Below are positions 47,105-61,100 of a stretch of DNA of 64,000 nt, piece after piece (the first letter of the stretch is position 1; each line of letters starts with the position of its first letter). The notes under the pieces are model-generated. The model made no database searches. It had not been told where the DNA came from and saw nothing but the letters and a program-made list of their open reading frames with translations. The DNA lies in the NCBI GenBank assembly GCA_038087875.1, contig CM075994.1:11410001-11474000 (forward strand), written 5' to 3'. Made by a program: the position numbers and the translations under genes. The stretch is from Malacoraja senta. Taxonomy: Eukaryota.

Positions 47105-49788
47105 TCTGTCATTATACTAAAAGTCTCATCTTGACCATTTCCTCTCTAAGTAGTTAATTGATTTTTAGAAAAAACGGTACCCTATATCGCTATGATTTTT
47201 GCCATCTTACTCACAGTCCTCCTCCGCTGCAGCAGCCCCAAAGATTTTTCCGATCGCTGAAAAATAAAAAATAAATGAATGTTTAAAAAATCGTGAGATT
47301 AGCTGATTGGTCCTCTCACCATGGTGAAGGCAACGCCCCTTCCGGGGGGGGCGGGAGTATTTAGCCCCGGATGCCGGACGTGAGTCACTCACTCTGGAAA
47401 ATTGTGAGGGAGAGTCCCCAACTGTGATTCTAAGCTGTGATTCAACTGAACTGAGAGTCAGCAATGTATTGGCAATAAATCATTTGTTAGCCCAAAGTGA
47501 AAATGCAATGAGTTGTTTGGCCTGCCCTGTGCTTGAAACTGCAATGGAAATGGAAATTAAATGAAAATGCAATGAGTAATTTAGCCAGCCCTGTGCTTGA
47601 AACTTCAATTGAAATGGAAATGAAAATGAAATGAAAATGCAATGACTTGTTTGACCTGCCCTGTGCTTTTGCTTTTGCTTTGCTTGACCTGAAATAAAAG
47701 CAAATGGATTGTATTGTTGGCTGTCCCCGCCTTCCCTGTGCTTTTGCTTTTGCTTTGCCTTTGCTTTGCTTGACCTGAAATGAAAGCAAATGGATTGTAT
47801 TGTTGTCCCCGCCTGCCCTGTGTTTGGCTTGGCCTTACTTGACTTGACTTGGCTTGGCTTGAATTGCCTTGGATGACTTGGATTGACTTGGATTGACTTG
47901 GATTGAGTTGGATTGAATTGGATTGACTTGGATTGACTTGGATTGACTTGACTTGACTTTATTTGACTTGACTTGGATTGACTAGGATTGACTTGGATTG
48001 ACTTGACTTGGATAGACTTGGAGTGATGTGGCGTGACTAGGAGAGATTTGGAGTGACTTGGAGTGACTTGGATTGACTTTGATTGACGTGGATTGTCATG
48101 GATTGACTTGGATTGACTTGAAATGGATTGACTTGACTGGATTTGAAATGGCTGGACGACTTGACTTGACTTGACCTGAAATGGATTGAGTTGACTTGAC
48201 TTGAAATGGATTGACTTGACTTGACTTGACTTGAAATCGATTGTCTTGACTTGAAATGGATTGACTTTGTTGGCAAATGGATTGTATTGTTGGCCCCGCT
48301 TGCGCTGTGCTTGGCTTTACTTGATTTGACTTGGCTTGGCTTGGATTGCCTTGGATTGCCTTGGATTGACTTGGAGTGACTTGGATTGATTTGGATTGAC
48401 TTGACTTGAAATGAATTGACTTGACTTGACTGGACTTGATGTGAAATGAATTGACTTGACTTGACTTGAAATGGATTGACTTGACTTGACTTGAAATGGA
48501 TTGTTGGCACTGCACTCACTGTGCTTGACTTGACTTGACTTTACTTGATTTGACTTGACTTGACTTGTTGGCCCTGCACTCCGGTTGATCCAAATGTCCC
48601 GCTCACTCCGGAAGTCCCGCTCGATGGAGAGGCCGCGCTCAGCCGCGTGAGTAGATTCATGAGATTTTACTGTCGTATATATGTTGTGTCTGTTTGAGTG
48701 AGTGTGTGTGAGTCAGTGTGTGTGAGATGGACGGTGGCTGAGTGTGCCTGTGAGTGTGTGATGGATATTGTGTGTGTGTGAGTGTGGCTGTGTGTGTATG
48801 TATGAATGTGTGAGTGTGTGATGGAGGGTGTCTGTGTGTGTGTGCTGGATTGTGTGTGTGAGGTGGAGGGTATGTGTGTGTGATGGAGGGTCTGTGCGTG
48901 AGCCCGCCAGCCGTGAGTCAACTGCCAGCCCACCAGCCGCGAGTGAGTGACTCACATGACTGCCCACCTTTGGCCCACCTAAAACCACTCATTTCGGTCC
49001 ACAAGGCCCCTATTAGCCCAGAAACTAGTCCATTTTGCCGAAAATGACCGTATTAGCCGAGGAGGAGTATTTTGGCCCAAATGGCATGTGCCAGGCCGGG
49101 AAAATTCAAGAAAAAATGCCTTTAACTGAGATTTCACTCTGATTTATTTAAAGAGTACATTCGGCACATCATGCCTGTACTAGCCCAGAAGGAGTTCCTT
49201 CGGCCGATCAGTAAGTATTCCCGCTGTAAGTATTAAACCTCACCCCAGTATGTTTCTCCCTCGCATCATTGGCTCACAGTGAGATCCACTCCAGGTCAGA
49301 CTTTCCTCCTTCATTGCTGTGATCTGATGAAAAATGTCTAAAGTTGATTCTCCACCCTCTCCCTCTTCACTCTCACAGAGTCTCTCACATGTTTTGGGCA
49401 AAATTTCTGGCAGTTTCTGAGCTGCCAGCCCACCAGCCCTGAACTGCCTGCCCACCAGCTCTGTGTGAATGAGCTGCCAGCCCACCAGGCCTGAGTTGCC
49501 AGCCCGCCAGGCCTGAGTGACTGAACTGCCAGGCCTGAATGACTGAACTGCCAGACCTGAGTGACTGAGTGACTGAACTCCCAGCCCAGGAATCCATTCG
49601 GCCCACAATTTCCATACTAGCCCTCTGGAAACCAGTCCCTTCGGCCCACAACACTCATGCTACCGCTCCAGAAAGACCCCCCTCCCCAAATGGCCATCAA
49701 TATTGGAATTGGTGGAGAGGTGGAATATTGCGTTTGGGGACCAGCCCCCCGTGTGTACCTGGGACCCAAAGGATCCCACTTATTCTAG
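47105..49788 (+). mobile_element. Non-autonomous Helitron
   Basis: A|TC 5' end, subterminal hairpin GGGACCCAAAGGATCCC, CTAG|T 3' end, no TSD, cleanly interrupts the CR1. Confidence 0.85.
47825..48570. repeat. Pentamer microsatellite (GACTT/GGATT)n inside the Helitron
   Basis: Long imperfect 5-mer array. Confidence 0.95.
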
Positions 49789-51965
49789 TTTATTGTAAAT
49801 AGCTGCGGTCCCAGCACAGACCCTTGCGGTACCCCACTAGTCACTGCCTGTCATTCTCAAAGGGACCCGTAAATCCCTACTCTTTGTTTCCTGTCTGCCA
49901 ACCAATTTTCTATCCATGTCAGTTCTTTACCCCAATACCATGCGCCCTAATTTTGTCCTCTAATCTGCTATGAGGGACCTTATCAAATGCGTTCTGAAAG
50001 TCCAAGTACACTACATCCACTGGCTTTCTCTTGTCCATTTTCCAAGTTACATCCTCAAAAAATTCCATAAATTTAGTCAACTATGATTTCCCCTTCATAA
50101 ATCCATGCTGACTCGGACCGATCCTGCTACTGCTATCCAAGGGTGCCGCTATTTGATCTTTTGCAATTGAGTCCAGTATCTTCCGCACCACCGATGTTAG
50201 GCTAACTGGTCTATAATTTCATGTTTTCTCTTTCCCGCGTTTTTTTTAAAAAGTGGGATAACATTAGCTACCCTCTAATCCACGTGAACTGATCCTGAAT
50301 CTATAGAACATTGGAAAATGATTACCAATGTATCCACGATTTCCAGCGCCACCTGCTTGAGTACCCTGGGATTCAGACCATCACGCCCTGGGGATTTATC
50401 AGTCTTCAGTCTCATCTATCTACCCAATACCATGTCCTGCCTAATGTGCATTTCTTCAGATCCTCCATCACCCTAGATCCTATGGCCACTAGTACACCAG
50501 GGAGATTGTTTGTGTTCTCCTTAGTGAAGACGGCTCCATAGTACCTGTTTACCTCGTCTGCCGTTTCCTTGTTCCCCATAATAAATTCACCATTTTCAGT
50601 CTTCAATTCTCCAAATTTGGTCTTAACTATTTTTTTTCCTCTTCACATACCTAAGGAAGTTTTTACTATCTTCCTTTATATTCGTAGCTAGCTTATCCGC
50701 GTACCTCATATTTTCTTCCCATATTGCCTTTTTAGTTATATTCTGCTGCTCTTTAAAAGTTACCCAATTCTCTGGCTTCCCGCTCATCTATGCTATGTTA
50801 TAATGTTTCTCTTTTATTTTTATACTGTCCCTGACTTCACTTGTCAGCCACGGCCGCCCATTACTCCCCTTCGAATCTGTCTTCCTCTTTGGAATGAACC
50901 TTCTGTACACCTTCTGTATTATTCCCAGAAATACCTGTCATTTTTGGTCCACTCCCATCCCTACTAGAGTATCTTTCCAGTCAACTTTGGCCAGCTCCTC
51001 CCTCATGACACCATAGTCCCCTTTGTTCAACTATAATACTGACACCTCCGATTTACCCTTCTCCCTCTCAAATTGTAGATCAAAACTTATCATATTTTGC
51101 TCACTTCCTCGTAATGTCTCCATTACCTCGAGTTCCCTTATCAAACCCGGTTCATTACACAACACCAAATCGGAGATTGCCTTCTCCCTGGTAGGCTCCA
51201 ATACAAGCTGCTCTAATAAATCATCACGGTGGCACTCCTCAAACTCCCTTTCTTGGGGTCCAGTACCAACCTGATTTCCCAGTCCACCTGCATGTTGAAA
51301 TCTCAAATAACAACCGTAGCATTATCTTTATGACATGCCAATTTTAACTCTTGATTCAACTTGCACCCTTTATCCAGGCTACTGTTTGGGGGCCTGTTGA
51401 TAACTCCCATTAGGGTCGTTTTACCCTTACAATTACTCAGATCTATCCATACTGACACATCTCCTGAATCTATGTCACCCCTCGCAAGGAACTGAATTAC
51501 ATTTCTCACCAACAGAGCTACCACACCCACTCTGTGCACCGGTCTGTCTTCGATAAGACGTCTACCCTTGAATGTTCAGTTGAATTTATAATTACAATTT
51601 ATAAATACTCGAATGTTCCGTTTGTAATTACTGCGATCCAATGCACTCGCACACAGGTGAATCGTTAATTTTGTACCATCGTTAACAAATCGTCATTGTT
51701 TTAGTATTTCTGCATCGGATTGAATTATGGTTTTTCAAGTGATACCGAATGATGACTTTTGCAATTTCATGTGATTCTCATTCCCGTGCTCTCTTCTCAC
51801 ACATCTGCCTGTCTACCTAGTTTCTAACTCAGCACTATTGATGCAGATTGATGCATGCACTCCACCTCTTCTTAAGTCCAATTCCTAGCTCTTTCGTCTT
51901 TCAGACACGATGGAAGAAGCTGTTGCATTCACATCATGCTACGAAGATCTCAATCTCCTTGTAAT

Positions 51966-53155
51966 TACTTTCATTTCAACAATTACAAATAAAATATAAA
52001 CTCGGAAATAATCAATATTTTAAATATTTTCAAATATGCGACTATTTGAAAAAATATACAAAAGATCATCATAATAACCCAGTAGATGTACTGGACGAGG
52101 CAATGCAGATAAAAGCGGAATCAGCAAACTTAATATCATATTTGTATAATATTATCTTAAATGTACAAATACCATCTACGGAGGGTATCAGAAGAGACTG
52201 GGAACAAGAGTTAGCTATTAAAATTTCAAAGGAAAGTTGGAATGAATACTTATTAAACGTGCATAAATGCTCGATTAATGTAAGACACAGTTTAATACAA
52301 TTTAAAATTTTACATAGATTATATTATTCGAAAACTAAAATTCATAAAATTTTCCCAAATGTATCATCTATTTGTGGTAAATGTCAATCCCAAGAAGCTA
52401 CCATAGCGCACTCATTCGTTTCTTGTACAAAAATTCAAAAATTTTGGAATGAAATTTTTGAAATCTTTACAAAGTTATTTAAAACAAGACTGATACCCAA
52501 AGCAGAATGGATTATCTTCGGTATAACGGAAGATGGTCCAGAACTAAATGTGTTTCAAAAGAAACTAATGGACTATGGGTTAATAACTGGAAAAAAGCTA
52601 ATTCTAAAATTTTGGAAGAAGGCTCCAATACCAACTATAAATATGTGGATTTCAAATATGTTTGAAACATTACACCTAGAAGAGATAAGACTCCTCCTAG
52701 CAGGTAAACCAGATCACTTCCACCTGACGTGGTCTGCATTTATAGAATTATTACAAACATAGGGTGCAAAAGTACTTTAAAAAAAAATTGAGGTCAGGTA
52801 AGGGGGGATGATAGTTGAAGAGTTGGTATGTCCCATTTACGTAATGCTCATAAAAATATTTGTTTCTCTCTTTTTCCTCTTTCTCTCTCTCTTTCTTTCC
52901 TAGGGTCTATTTCTTAACTCTTTTTCTTTTGTTTTTAATTTTGCTCTTATAGGGTCTTCGTCCTTTTTTGTTGTCACATTACCTACACTTTCACTTTTTC
53001 CTTCACTTTCTTCTTTCTTTCAATCTTTTCCTTTTCTAGTGTAAAAAATAAATGGAGTACATTAATTGTAAGAAGATATAAATGACGAGTACTAATGTAT
53101 GTGGTTGTAATGTAATGTACTTCTAATAAATAAAAATTTAAAAAAATTATAAAAA
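51966..53155 (+). mobile_element. L1 3' fragment with 14-bp TSD
   Basis: ORF 52046..52762 = ORF2 C-terminus; A-rich tail; AATCTCCTTGTAAT at 51952-51965 and 53156-53169; inserted into an old Rex1-like RT. Confidence 0.93.
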
Positions 53156-53772
53156 AATCTCCTTGTAATATCCGGCTGACCACGGTGTATTTATCTACAA
53201 ACCTGTAAATGTAGTTGGAGCAAGAACTGGTCACACAGCAGTAAGTGTACAGGGAGAGGGTAAGATGCGGATGACACGGCTTTTCTGTGCGCCGATGATG
53301 AAAATGATCGCGGACGATGATTTGTCGCTTACCCTTTCTGATTTTGTGTGCGAGTCAGGGAGTCAGTGGCAGAGGGCGTGATGTCTGCAAGTTACAGGAA
53401 TATGGCGATGGGTTTGGTTGGGATTGTGATACTGATTGTGGATCTGTAGACAAACAATAGGAGGCCTTCTTCTCCAGATGTTCTGGAGATGACTGTACCG
53501 TGGCGCCATAGAGATGGCGTCCGATGAATTGTCCGAGAACGGTAAGCAAAATGTAATGTGTCAAGGGTGATTCTGAGGCTGGACTAATGTGCACCATGAT
53601 CACCGGCTCTAGACTCGTTATGATTGTGGATGCCAGAGACACTACACTCCAGCCACATGATTGAGATCTGTGTTATTTCCTCTTTTTACAATATATTGAA
53701 GCCAGAAAGAGACACATGGGCTTAAATTCTCTCAAGTAATGCTTCTTTTTCAGAAACGCGGAGATCAGTATG

Positions 53773-53863
53773 TTTGAAGAAGGGTCTCCACCCGAAACGT
53801 CACCCATTCCTTCTCTCCAGAGATGCTGCCTGTCCCGCTGAGTTACTCCAGCATTTTGTGTCT
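53773..53863 (+). mobile_element. Penelope-like terminal repeat (degenerate hammerhead core)
   Basis: TTGAAGAAGGGTCTCCACCCGAAACGTCACCC...TGTGTCT. Confidence 0.75.
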
Positions 53864-54149
53864 GTCCTCTATATGTTTTAAGCAACTTGCGAATTTCAAA
53901 CAGCTGTACGTTTACAAGCTTTTATCATACGGACCAAAAGCGAATGTTATGATGTTGCTTCTCAGTAAATGCTGCCGGCGTAGCCCTCCAGTTTGTGCAG
54001 CCGGATTAGACGAAACAAACTTCCACCCGATATTCATACCAGAATTGATTCTTAAATGTTCAGTTTGTTATCAGTAGACTGCGGAGAGGTGTAACGCCTG
54101 GGTTTTCCAGGTGGCTGAATTTGTCAGTGAACTTTTCAGGATTATGGCA

Positions 54150-57000
54150 AAGACATAGCAACATAGAAAATAGGTGCAGGAGGAGGCCAGTCGGACGTTC
54201 GAGACAGCACCGCCATTCATTGTGATCATGGCTGATCATCCACAATCAGATGACTGCCTTCTCCCAATACTCCTTGATTCCGCCAGCTCCACGAGCTCTA
54301 TCTTATTATCTTTTAAATTCATCCAGTGGATTGGCCTCCACTGCCTTCCGTGGCAGAGAATTTCACAACTTTCTGGATGCAAAACTTTTTTCACATCTCA
54401 GTTTAAAATGGCCTCACCTTTATTTTTAGACTGTGGCCCCTGGTTCTGGACTTCCCCAACATTGGGAACATTTTTCCTGCATCTAGCTCGTCCAGTCCTT
54501 TTATAATTTTATATGTTTCTGCAAGATTCCCCCTCATCCTTCTAAATTCCAGTCAATACAAGCCCAGTCTTTCCAATCTTTCCTCTTATGACAGTCCCGC
54601 CACCCCCGGGACCTTGTGAACCTACGCTGCACTCCCTCAATAGCAAGGATGTCCTTCCTCAAATTAGGAGACCAAATCTGCACACAATACTTCAGATGTG
54701 GTTTCAGTAGGGCCCTGTAAAACTGCAGAAGGACCTATACTCAAATCCTCTCATTATGACGGCCAACATGCCATTCGCTTTCTTCGCAGCCTGCGGTAAA
54801 TGCACGAATACTTTCAATGACTGGTGTACAAGGAAACCCAGGTCTCGTTGCACTTCCCTTTTTCCTAATCTGACACCATTGATATCATAATCTGCCTCTT
54901 TGTTCTTGCCTCCAAAGTGGATAACCTCACATGTATCTACATTATACTGCATCTGCCATGCATCTGCCCTCTCACTCAACCTGTCCAGGTCACCCTGCAA
55001 CTTCCTAGCATCCTCTTCGCAGTTCACACTGCCACCCAGCTTTGTGTCATCTGCAAATTTGCTGATGTTACTTTTAATTCCATAATCCAATTCATTAATG
55101 TACATTGTAAATAGCTGTGGCCCCAGCAACGAGCCTTGCGGCACTCCTCTCGCACTGTCTACCATTCTGACAGGGACCCGTTAATTCCTACTCTTTGTTT
55201 CCTGCCTGCCAACCAATTCTCAATCCATGACTTACCCTACCCTCAATAACTTGTGCTCCTATTTTGCCCACTATTCTCCTGTGTAGGACCTTATCAAAGG
55301 CGTTTTGAAAGTCCAGATACACTGCATCCACTGGCTCTCCTTCATCCATTTTACTTGTCACATCTTCAAAAAATTCCGGAAGATTAGTCAAGATACATTT
55401 ACCCTTCATATATCCATGCTGACTTCGGCCAATCCTATTACTATCATCCTAATGCGCAGTTATTACTTCTTTAATAATTGACTCCAGCTTCACCCCCAAC
55501 CACCGATGTCAGACTAACTGGTCTATAATTCCCCATTTTCCCTCTCGCTCCTTTCTTGAAAATGGTGATAATTTTAGCTACCCTCCATCAACAGGAACAG
55601 TTCCTGAATCAAAAGAAAATGGGGAAATGATCACCAATGCGTCAACGATTTCTAGAGCCACCTACTTTAGTACCCTAGGATCCCCAGACCATCAGGCCCT
55701 GGGCATTTTACAGCCTTCAGTCTCATCAGTCTACCCAATATTATTTCTCGTCTAATGCAAATTTATTTATGTTCCTCTCTCTTCCTGGATCCTCTGTCAT
55801 CTAGTACATCTGGGAGATTGTTTGTGTCTTCCTTATTGAAGACAGAACCAAAGTCCATGTTCAACTCTTCTGCCATTTCCTTGTTCCCCATAATAATTTC
55901 ACCTGTTTCTGTCTTCAAGGGACCCACATTTGTCTGTACTAATCTTTTTCGCTTAACACACCTAAATAAGCTTTTTACTATCCTTCTTTATATTATTGGC
56001 AAGCTTAACTTCGTACTTCATCTTTTCACCCCGTATTGCCCTTTTAGTTACCTTCTGATATCCTTTGAAAGTTTCCAAATCCTCTGGCTTCCCTCTACTC
56101 TTTGCGATATTATACATCTTTTCTTTGAGTTTTCTACCGTCCCTAACTTCCCTTGTCTGCCACGGTTGCCTCTTACTCCCCATTAGAATCTTTCTTCCTC
56201 TTTGGAATGAAATGAACCTGCATCTTCTGGATTATGCCCAGAAGTACCTGCCATTGCTGTTCCACCGTCATTCCTGCTAGGATCCTTTTGAAGCCGACCT
56301 TGGTCAGCTCCTCTTTCATGCCTTCATAGTCCCACTTGTTCAAATACAACACTGACAATTCTGATTTAACCTTTTCCCTCTCAAATTGCAGATACAACTT
56401 ATCATATTAGGATCACTATCTGCGAGCGATTCCTTTATCTTGAGTTCCCTTTATTAAATCTGGTTCATTAGACAACACTAAATCCAGAATTGCCTTCTCT
56501 CAGATAGGCTCCAATACAAGCTGCTCTGTGAACCCATCTCGGAGGCACTCTACAAACTCCCTTTCTTGGGGTCCATACTCAACCTCATATTCCCAGTCTG
56601 CCTGCATATTGAAATCTCCCATCACCAAAGTGGCATTGCCTTTGTTACATGACATTTCTAACTCCTGCTGCAACTTGCACCCTATATCCCGGCTACTGCG
56701 TGGGGGCCTGTAGATAGCTCCCATTAGTGTCTTCTTACCTTTACAATTCCTCATTTCCAGTCCCTATGTCATCCCTCGCAAGGGTCTACATTTCATCCAT
56801 CACCAACAGAGCTACCCCACCTCCTCTGCCCACCTGCCTGTCCTTTCTGAAGGACGTATAACCCTGAATATTCAGTTCACAACCCTAATCCTCCTGCAGC
56901 CATGTATCTGCAATCCCCACAATGTCATATATACCAATCTCTAACTGAGCCTCGTTCATCCACTTTATTTCTTATACATCGCGTATTCATATATAATGCT
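54150..57000 (-). mobile_element. CR1 LINE ORF2, decayed, near complete
   Basis: IYRPP, GDFN, YLDFQNAFDKV, GVPQGSLLGP, KFADD. Confidence 0.92.
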
Positions 57001-57261
57001 TTTAAACCAGAAAACTGTTAATCAGTCTGCAGATTATAGGGATTGAATAGTCAAGTTTCTCGTCTATATATCGGGTGACATTACTGATGCGGAATACCGT
57101 GATACACACTTCCCTAGAAACATCTATAAGATTATCATGCTTCGTCAGCTAATGATATCTCTCGGCATTCATGGCCTTAATGTCGATTGCTTAATTTGTA
57201 TCACAACAATCACCTGCATTATTGCCAAAAAATGACCACACAATATCACGTGTCCATGATG

Positions 57262-57680
57262 ACTGTGAAAGATACTTATCAGAACCGACGAGGAGGAGGA
57301 CTCAAATGCACGCTCAGACACAGGGCAGATCAGTTTTCAGAGTTTAATCGGTCCAAGCCGGTACACAGTTAAGCAAAAACGGAGGCAACAGTACAATCTA
57401 GGAGCAGGCAAAAACAGTGGTCGAAAACAGGCACTGGTCGAGATAACAAGGTCAAGATATTTCTAGAGCTGGCACGAGGTGATACAAAGTAACATACACA
57501 ACAAACAATAATAATAAAAACAATAAGAAACAGAAACTAGATCAAACGTGAGACCTGACAGTACTCAAATAAAAATCCTGGCAGGAATTATCTATCCACC
57601 TTTATATGGAACGTGATTATTTTGGTTTCTGACAGGCAGCCTAACTGCAATTCCCAGCAACGGCACAGTAAGATTTAATT
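57262..57680. mobile_element. Possible solo LTR remnant
   Basis: Composition and motifs resemble fish Gypsy LTRs; termini and TSD not established. Confidence 0.25.
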
Positions 57681-57944
57681 TTCATGTTATCTGAATTATT
57701 TATTTTGCTTGCAACAATGGTCATTGCCGATAGTACTCCGCACGCACGCAATACGATAAATTCGAAAGTAACAGCGCAGTAGGCAGATTATGGTTTACTG
57801 TCTATTTTTGTTGTTCAATAACGAGGACAAATGTTTCAGAAAACACAGACACAGGAGATTGAGATTGAGATTGGAGATTGACGGATCGAGATCCTTCATC
57901 CGGACTGAGATTGCACGAGTGCAGATCAAGTGAAATCAGTCTAA

Positions 57945-58102
57945 GCATAGAAACATGGACAATATATACAGTAGGCCATTAAGCCCTTTGAGCCAACACC
58001 GCCATTCAATACGAATATGGCTGGACATCCAGAATCAGTACCCCGTTCCTGCTTTCCCCTCCATATCCCTTGATTCAGTTAGCCCGTAGAGCTATATCTA
58101 AA
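57945..58102 (-). mobile_element. CR1 3' end fragment
   Basis: Homologous to 46160-46310. Confidence 0.75.
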
Positions 58103-58142
58103 TGGTGAGACGGGATATGAGATTGCGAAATTCCGATTTATC

Positions 58143-61100
58143 TTCTTTTTTTTCTTTAAAAAAATATATATTTTTATTCTATTAGAATTAAGTACAATTG
58201 TATACAATCATATTTTCATAATACATTTTATGTACAGCTTCTTTTTTTTAAATTATAGTAAAAAGGATAAAGAAAAAGAAATTAGATAATAAAGTATAGC
58301 AAAAACGTGAGATATATAGTGTGTGGAGAAGAAGAATAGAGAATGAAAGAAGAAAGTTAAAGAGTAGAAAATAGGAAAAAGAGAGTAAAAGAAAAAAGGA
58401 AGAAAAAGAAAAAAGAAGTAAGGAGATCTTATTTATAATCTTGACCATCCCTCGCCCAGTCCTGAGATTGTTAACTTTTACAATTGTGTTGCACCATATG
58501 ATTCGAAAAAGACGACAAATGGAGACCAACTCGTTATGAATTGGTCAGATTTATCTATTAGGAGGAATCGCATTTCTTCAAGATGTGTGGTGTCCAACAT
58601 ACTTGCAATCCACATTTTGAGCGTTGGTATTGGTGTATTTTTTCCAAAATTTAAGTATTAATGTTTTTGCTATTAATTAAAAAATAATTTCTGAGATGGA
58701 TTCAATTTATTCCCATCTTCCATTACCTCAAATATAATTAATCCATTATTAGGTTCCATTTTTATCTTAAATAATTTTGTAAATATTTCGAAAATATCAC
58801 TCCAGAATCTATAAAGTTTTATACAGGAAACAAAAGAGTGTGTTATAGTTGCGTTTTGGGTTAAACACTTATCGCAAGTGTGGGATATATTTGGATAGAA
58901 TTTATTTAATCTTGTTTTTGAATAATATAATCTATGTAAAATTTTTAATTGAATTAGATTATGTCTTGCATTAATCGAACATTTGTGAATGTATATCAAA
59001 TACTTTTCCCATGTAACCTTCGTAATTTTTTATCATTAATTCCCGTTCACACTCTTCTCTAAATACCTCTGTCACTGGTAGGTTTATATTTAAAATACTA
59101 TTATATAAATATGATATTAATTTTTGTGCATCAGCTTTAATATTCATTGCTTCTTCCAATAAATCAGGAGTTATTTTTTGATATCCTTGTATGTATTTCT
59201 TCAAGAAATCGCAAATCTGAAGATATTTAAAATAATGGTTGTTTTTCAATCTAAATTTTAATTGTAATTGTTGAAATTATAATATATTTCCCATTTCATA
59301 CATATCCCCGATCATTTTAATTCCTAAACTTTCCCATTGAAATAGGTATAATAGTTGTGGTAGAAAGATCGTTTTTATAGCATTTATTCTACCTATTAAT
59401 GATAAAGGAAGTGTTTTCCAAAATTTAATCAGTATATTAAGTTTGTTTAATAAAGGTAGAAAATTAGCATTGAATAATGCTTTATGTTTTCTAGTAATCT
59501 GAATACCCAGATATTTAAAATTTTCTGTTGCTATTTTAAAGGGGAACTTCAATAAGTGTGTAGGGTCTTCAGGTTTTAACGTCATGATTTCACTTTTATT
59601 CCAATTTATTCTATATCCAGAAAAGGACCCAAATTCCACTATTAAGTTTAATAAATTTGGTATGCTCGTTTGTGATTTTGTAATATAAAAAAGAATATCG
59701 TCTGCATATAATGAAATGTTATTATTTGAGTCCCTAGTATTATAACCCTGAATATTCGGATGACTTCTTATACTTTCAGCCAAAGGTTCTATCATAAGGG
59801 CGAATAGCAGGGGTGATAACGCACATCCCTGCATATTACCCCTTGATAATTGAAAATTTTGAGATAACATATTATTAGTTAATATTCTTGCCATCTGTTT
59901 ATCATATAATAATTTCACCCCTGTAATAAAATTCTCTCCTATATTAAATTTTTGCAATACTTTGTATTATTACTGCCATTCTACCTGATCAAATGCTTTC
60001 TCTGCGTCCAAAGAAATAATTGATATATCTTCTTCCACCACTTTATGTGAGTACATTATAAGCGTCTCAAATTATTAAATGAATATCTTTTGGGTATAAA
60101 GCCCGTTTGATCAGGGTTTATCAATTTACTAATATATTTGCTTAGTCTTCTGGCTAAAGTCTTTGCTAGAATTTTCTGATCTGTATTTAAAAGTGATATA
60201 GCTCTATATGAGCCCGGATCCTCTAGATCTTTATCTTTTTTTGGAATAAGCGTAATAGTTGATTCTGCTAATGTTTCAGGTAGTTTATTTTCTTTAAAAG
60301 CGTGAGTATATAAATTAAATAAATAAGGAGTCGTTATCTCATGAATTTTTTAATAAAATTCATTACTAAAACCGTCTGGTCCCGGTGTCTTACCATTTTT
60401 CAACGATTTTATTGTTTCACCTATTTCTTCGATTGTAATTTGCGCTCCAAGTTCCTCTTGTTCCAAAAGGTCAAGTTTTGGAAGATTACAATTATCTAAA
60501 AAACTAATTACTTTACTATCTTCAATTTTAGTTTTTGATGTATATAAATGTTGATAAAATTGAGCAAATCTTTTATTAATATCTTTAGGCAGTATTAGTA
60601 ATTCACCACTCTCTGATTTAATTTTATTTACAGTATTTTCTTTTTCTTGTTTTTTCAGTTGGCGTGCTAACAGCTTATGTGGTTCGTCACCAAACTCAAA
60701 ATGTTCCTGTTTTGTAATTTGGAATAATCTTATTACTCTTGCCGATAGAATTCGATTAAGTTTAAATTTCAGTAATATTATCTTATTATGTTTATCTATA
60801 GTGGGGTCTTTAGCGTTATCTAACTCTAACTGTCTAATTTCTTGTTCTAGCAACATTTGTTCTGTCTTATTCTTTTTATTTTGAAAAATTTCGTATGAAA
60901 TTATAATTCCTCTAATAAATGCCTTAAAAGTTTCCCATAATAAAGAAGGCGAGGTACCTGGCATACCATTTGTATCAAAAAAAAGTTTCATTTGTTGTTT
61001 TAAATATTGATAACCTTGTATGTCATTTAAAATATGTGTATTAAACCTCCAAAAAATGTTTTACCCGGCATTCCCTCGAATTTTACTGAAAATGTCAATC

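Larger units (their letters stand above)
46160..51580 (-). mobile_element. CR1 LINE (ORF2, decayed) split by a Helitron
   Basis: APE pieces (GVINRPPNS, LEPTREKAI) at 51.0-51.5 kb, RT and 3' end at 46.2-47.1 kb; colinear across 47105-49788. Confidence 0.9.

Noticed and set aside
48037..48933. Ser/Gln/Lys- and His/Thr-repeat ORFs
   Set aside because: Translations of pentamer and (TG)n microsatellites within the Helitron
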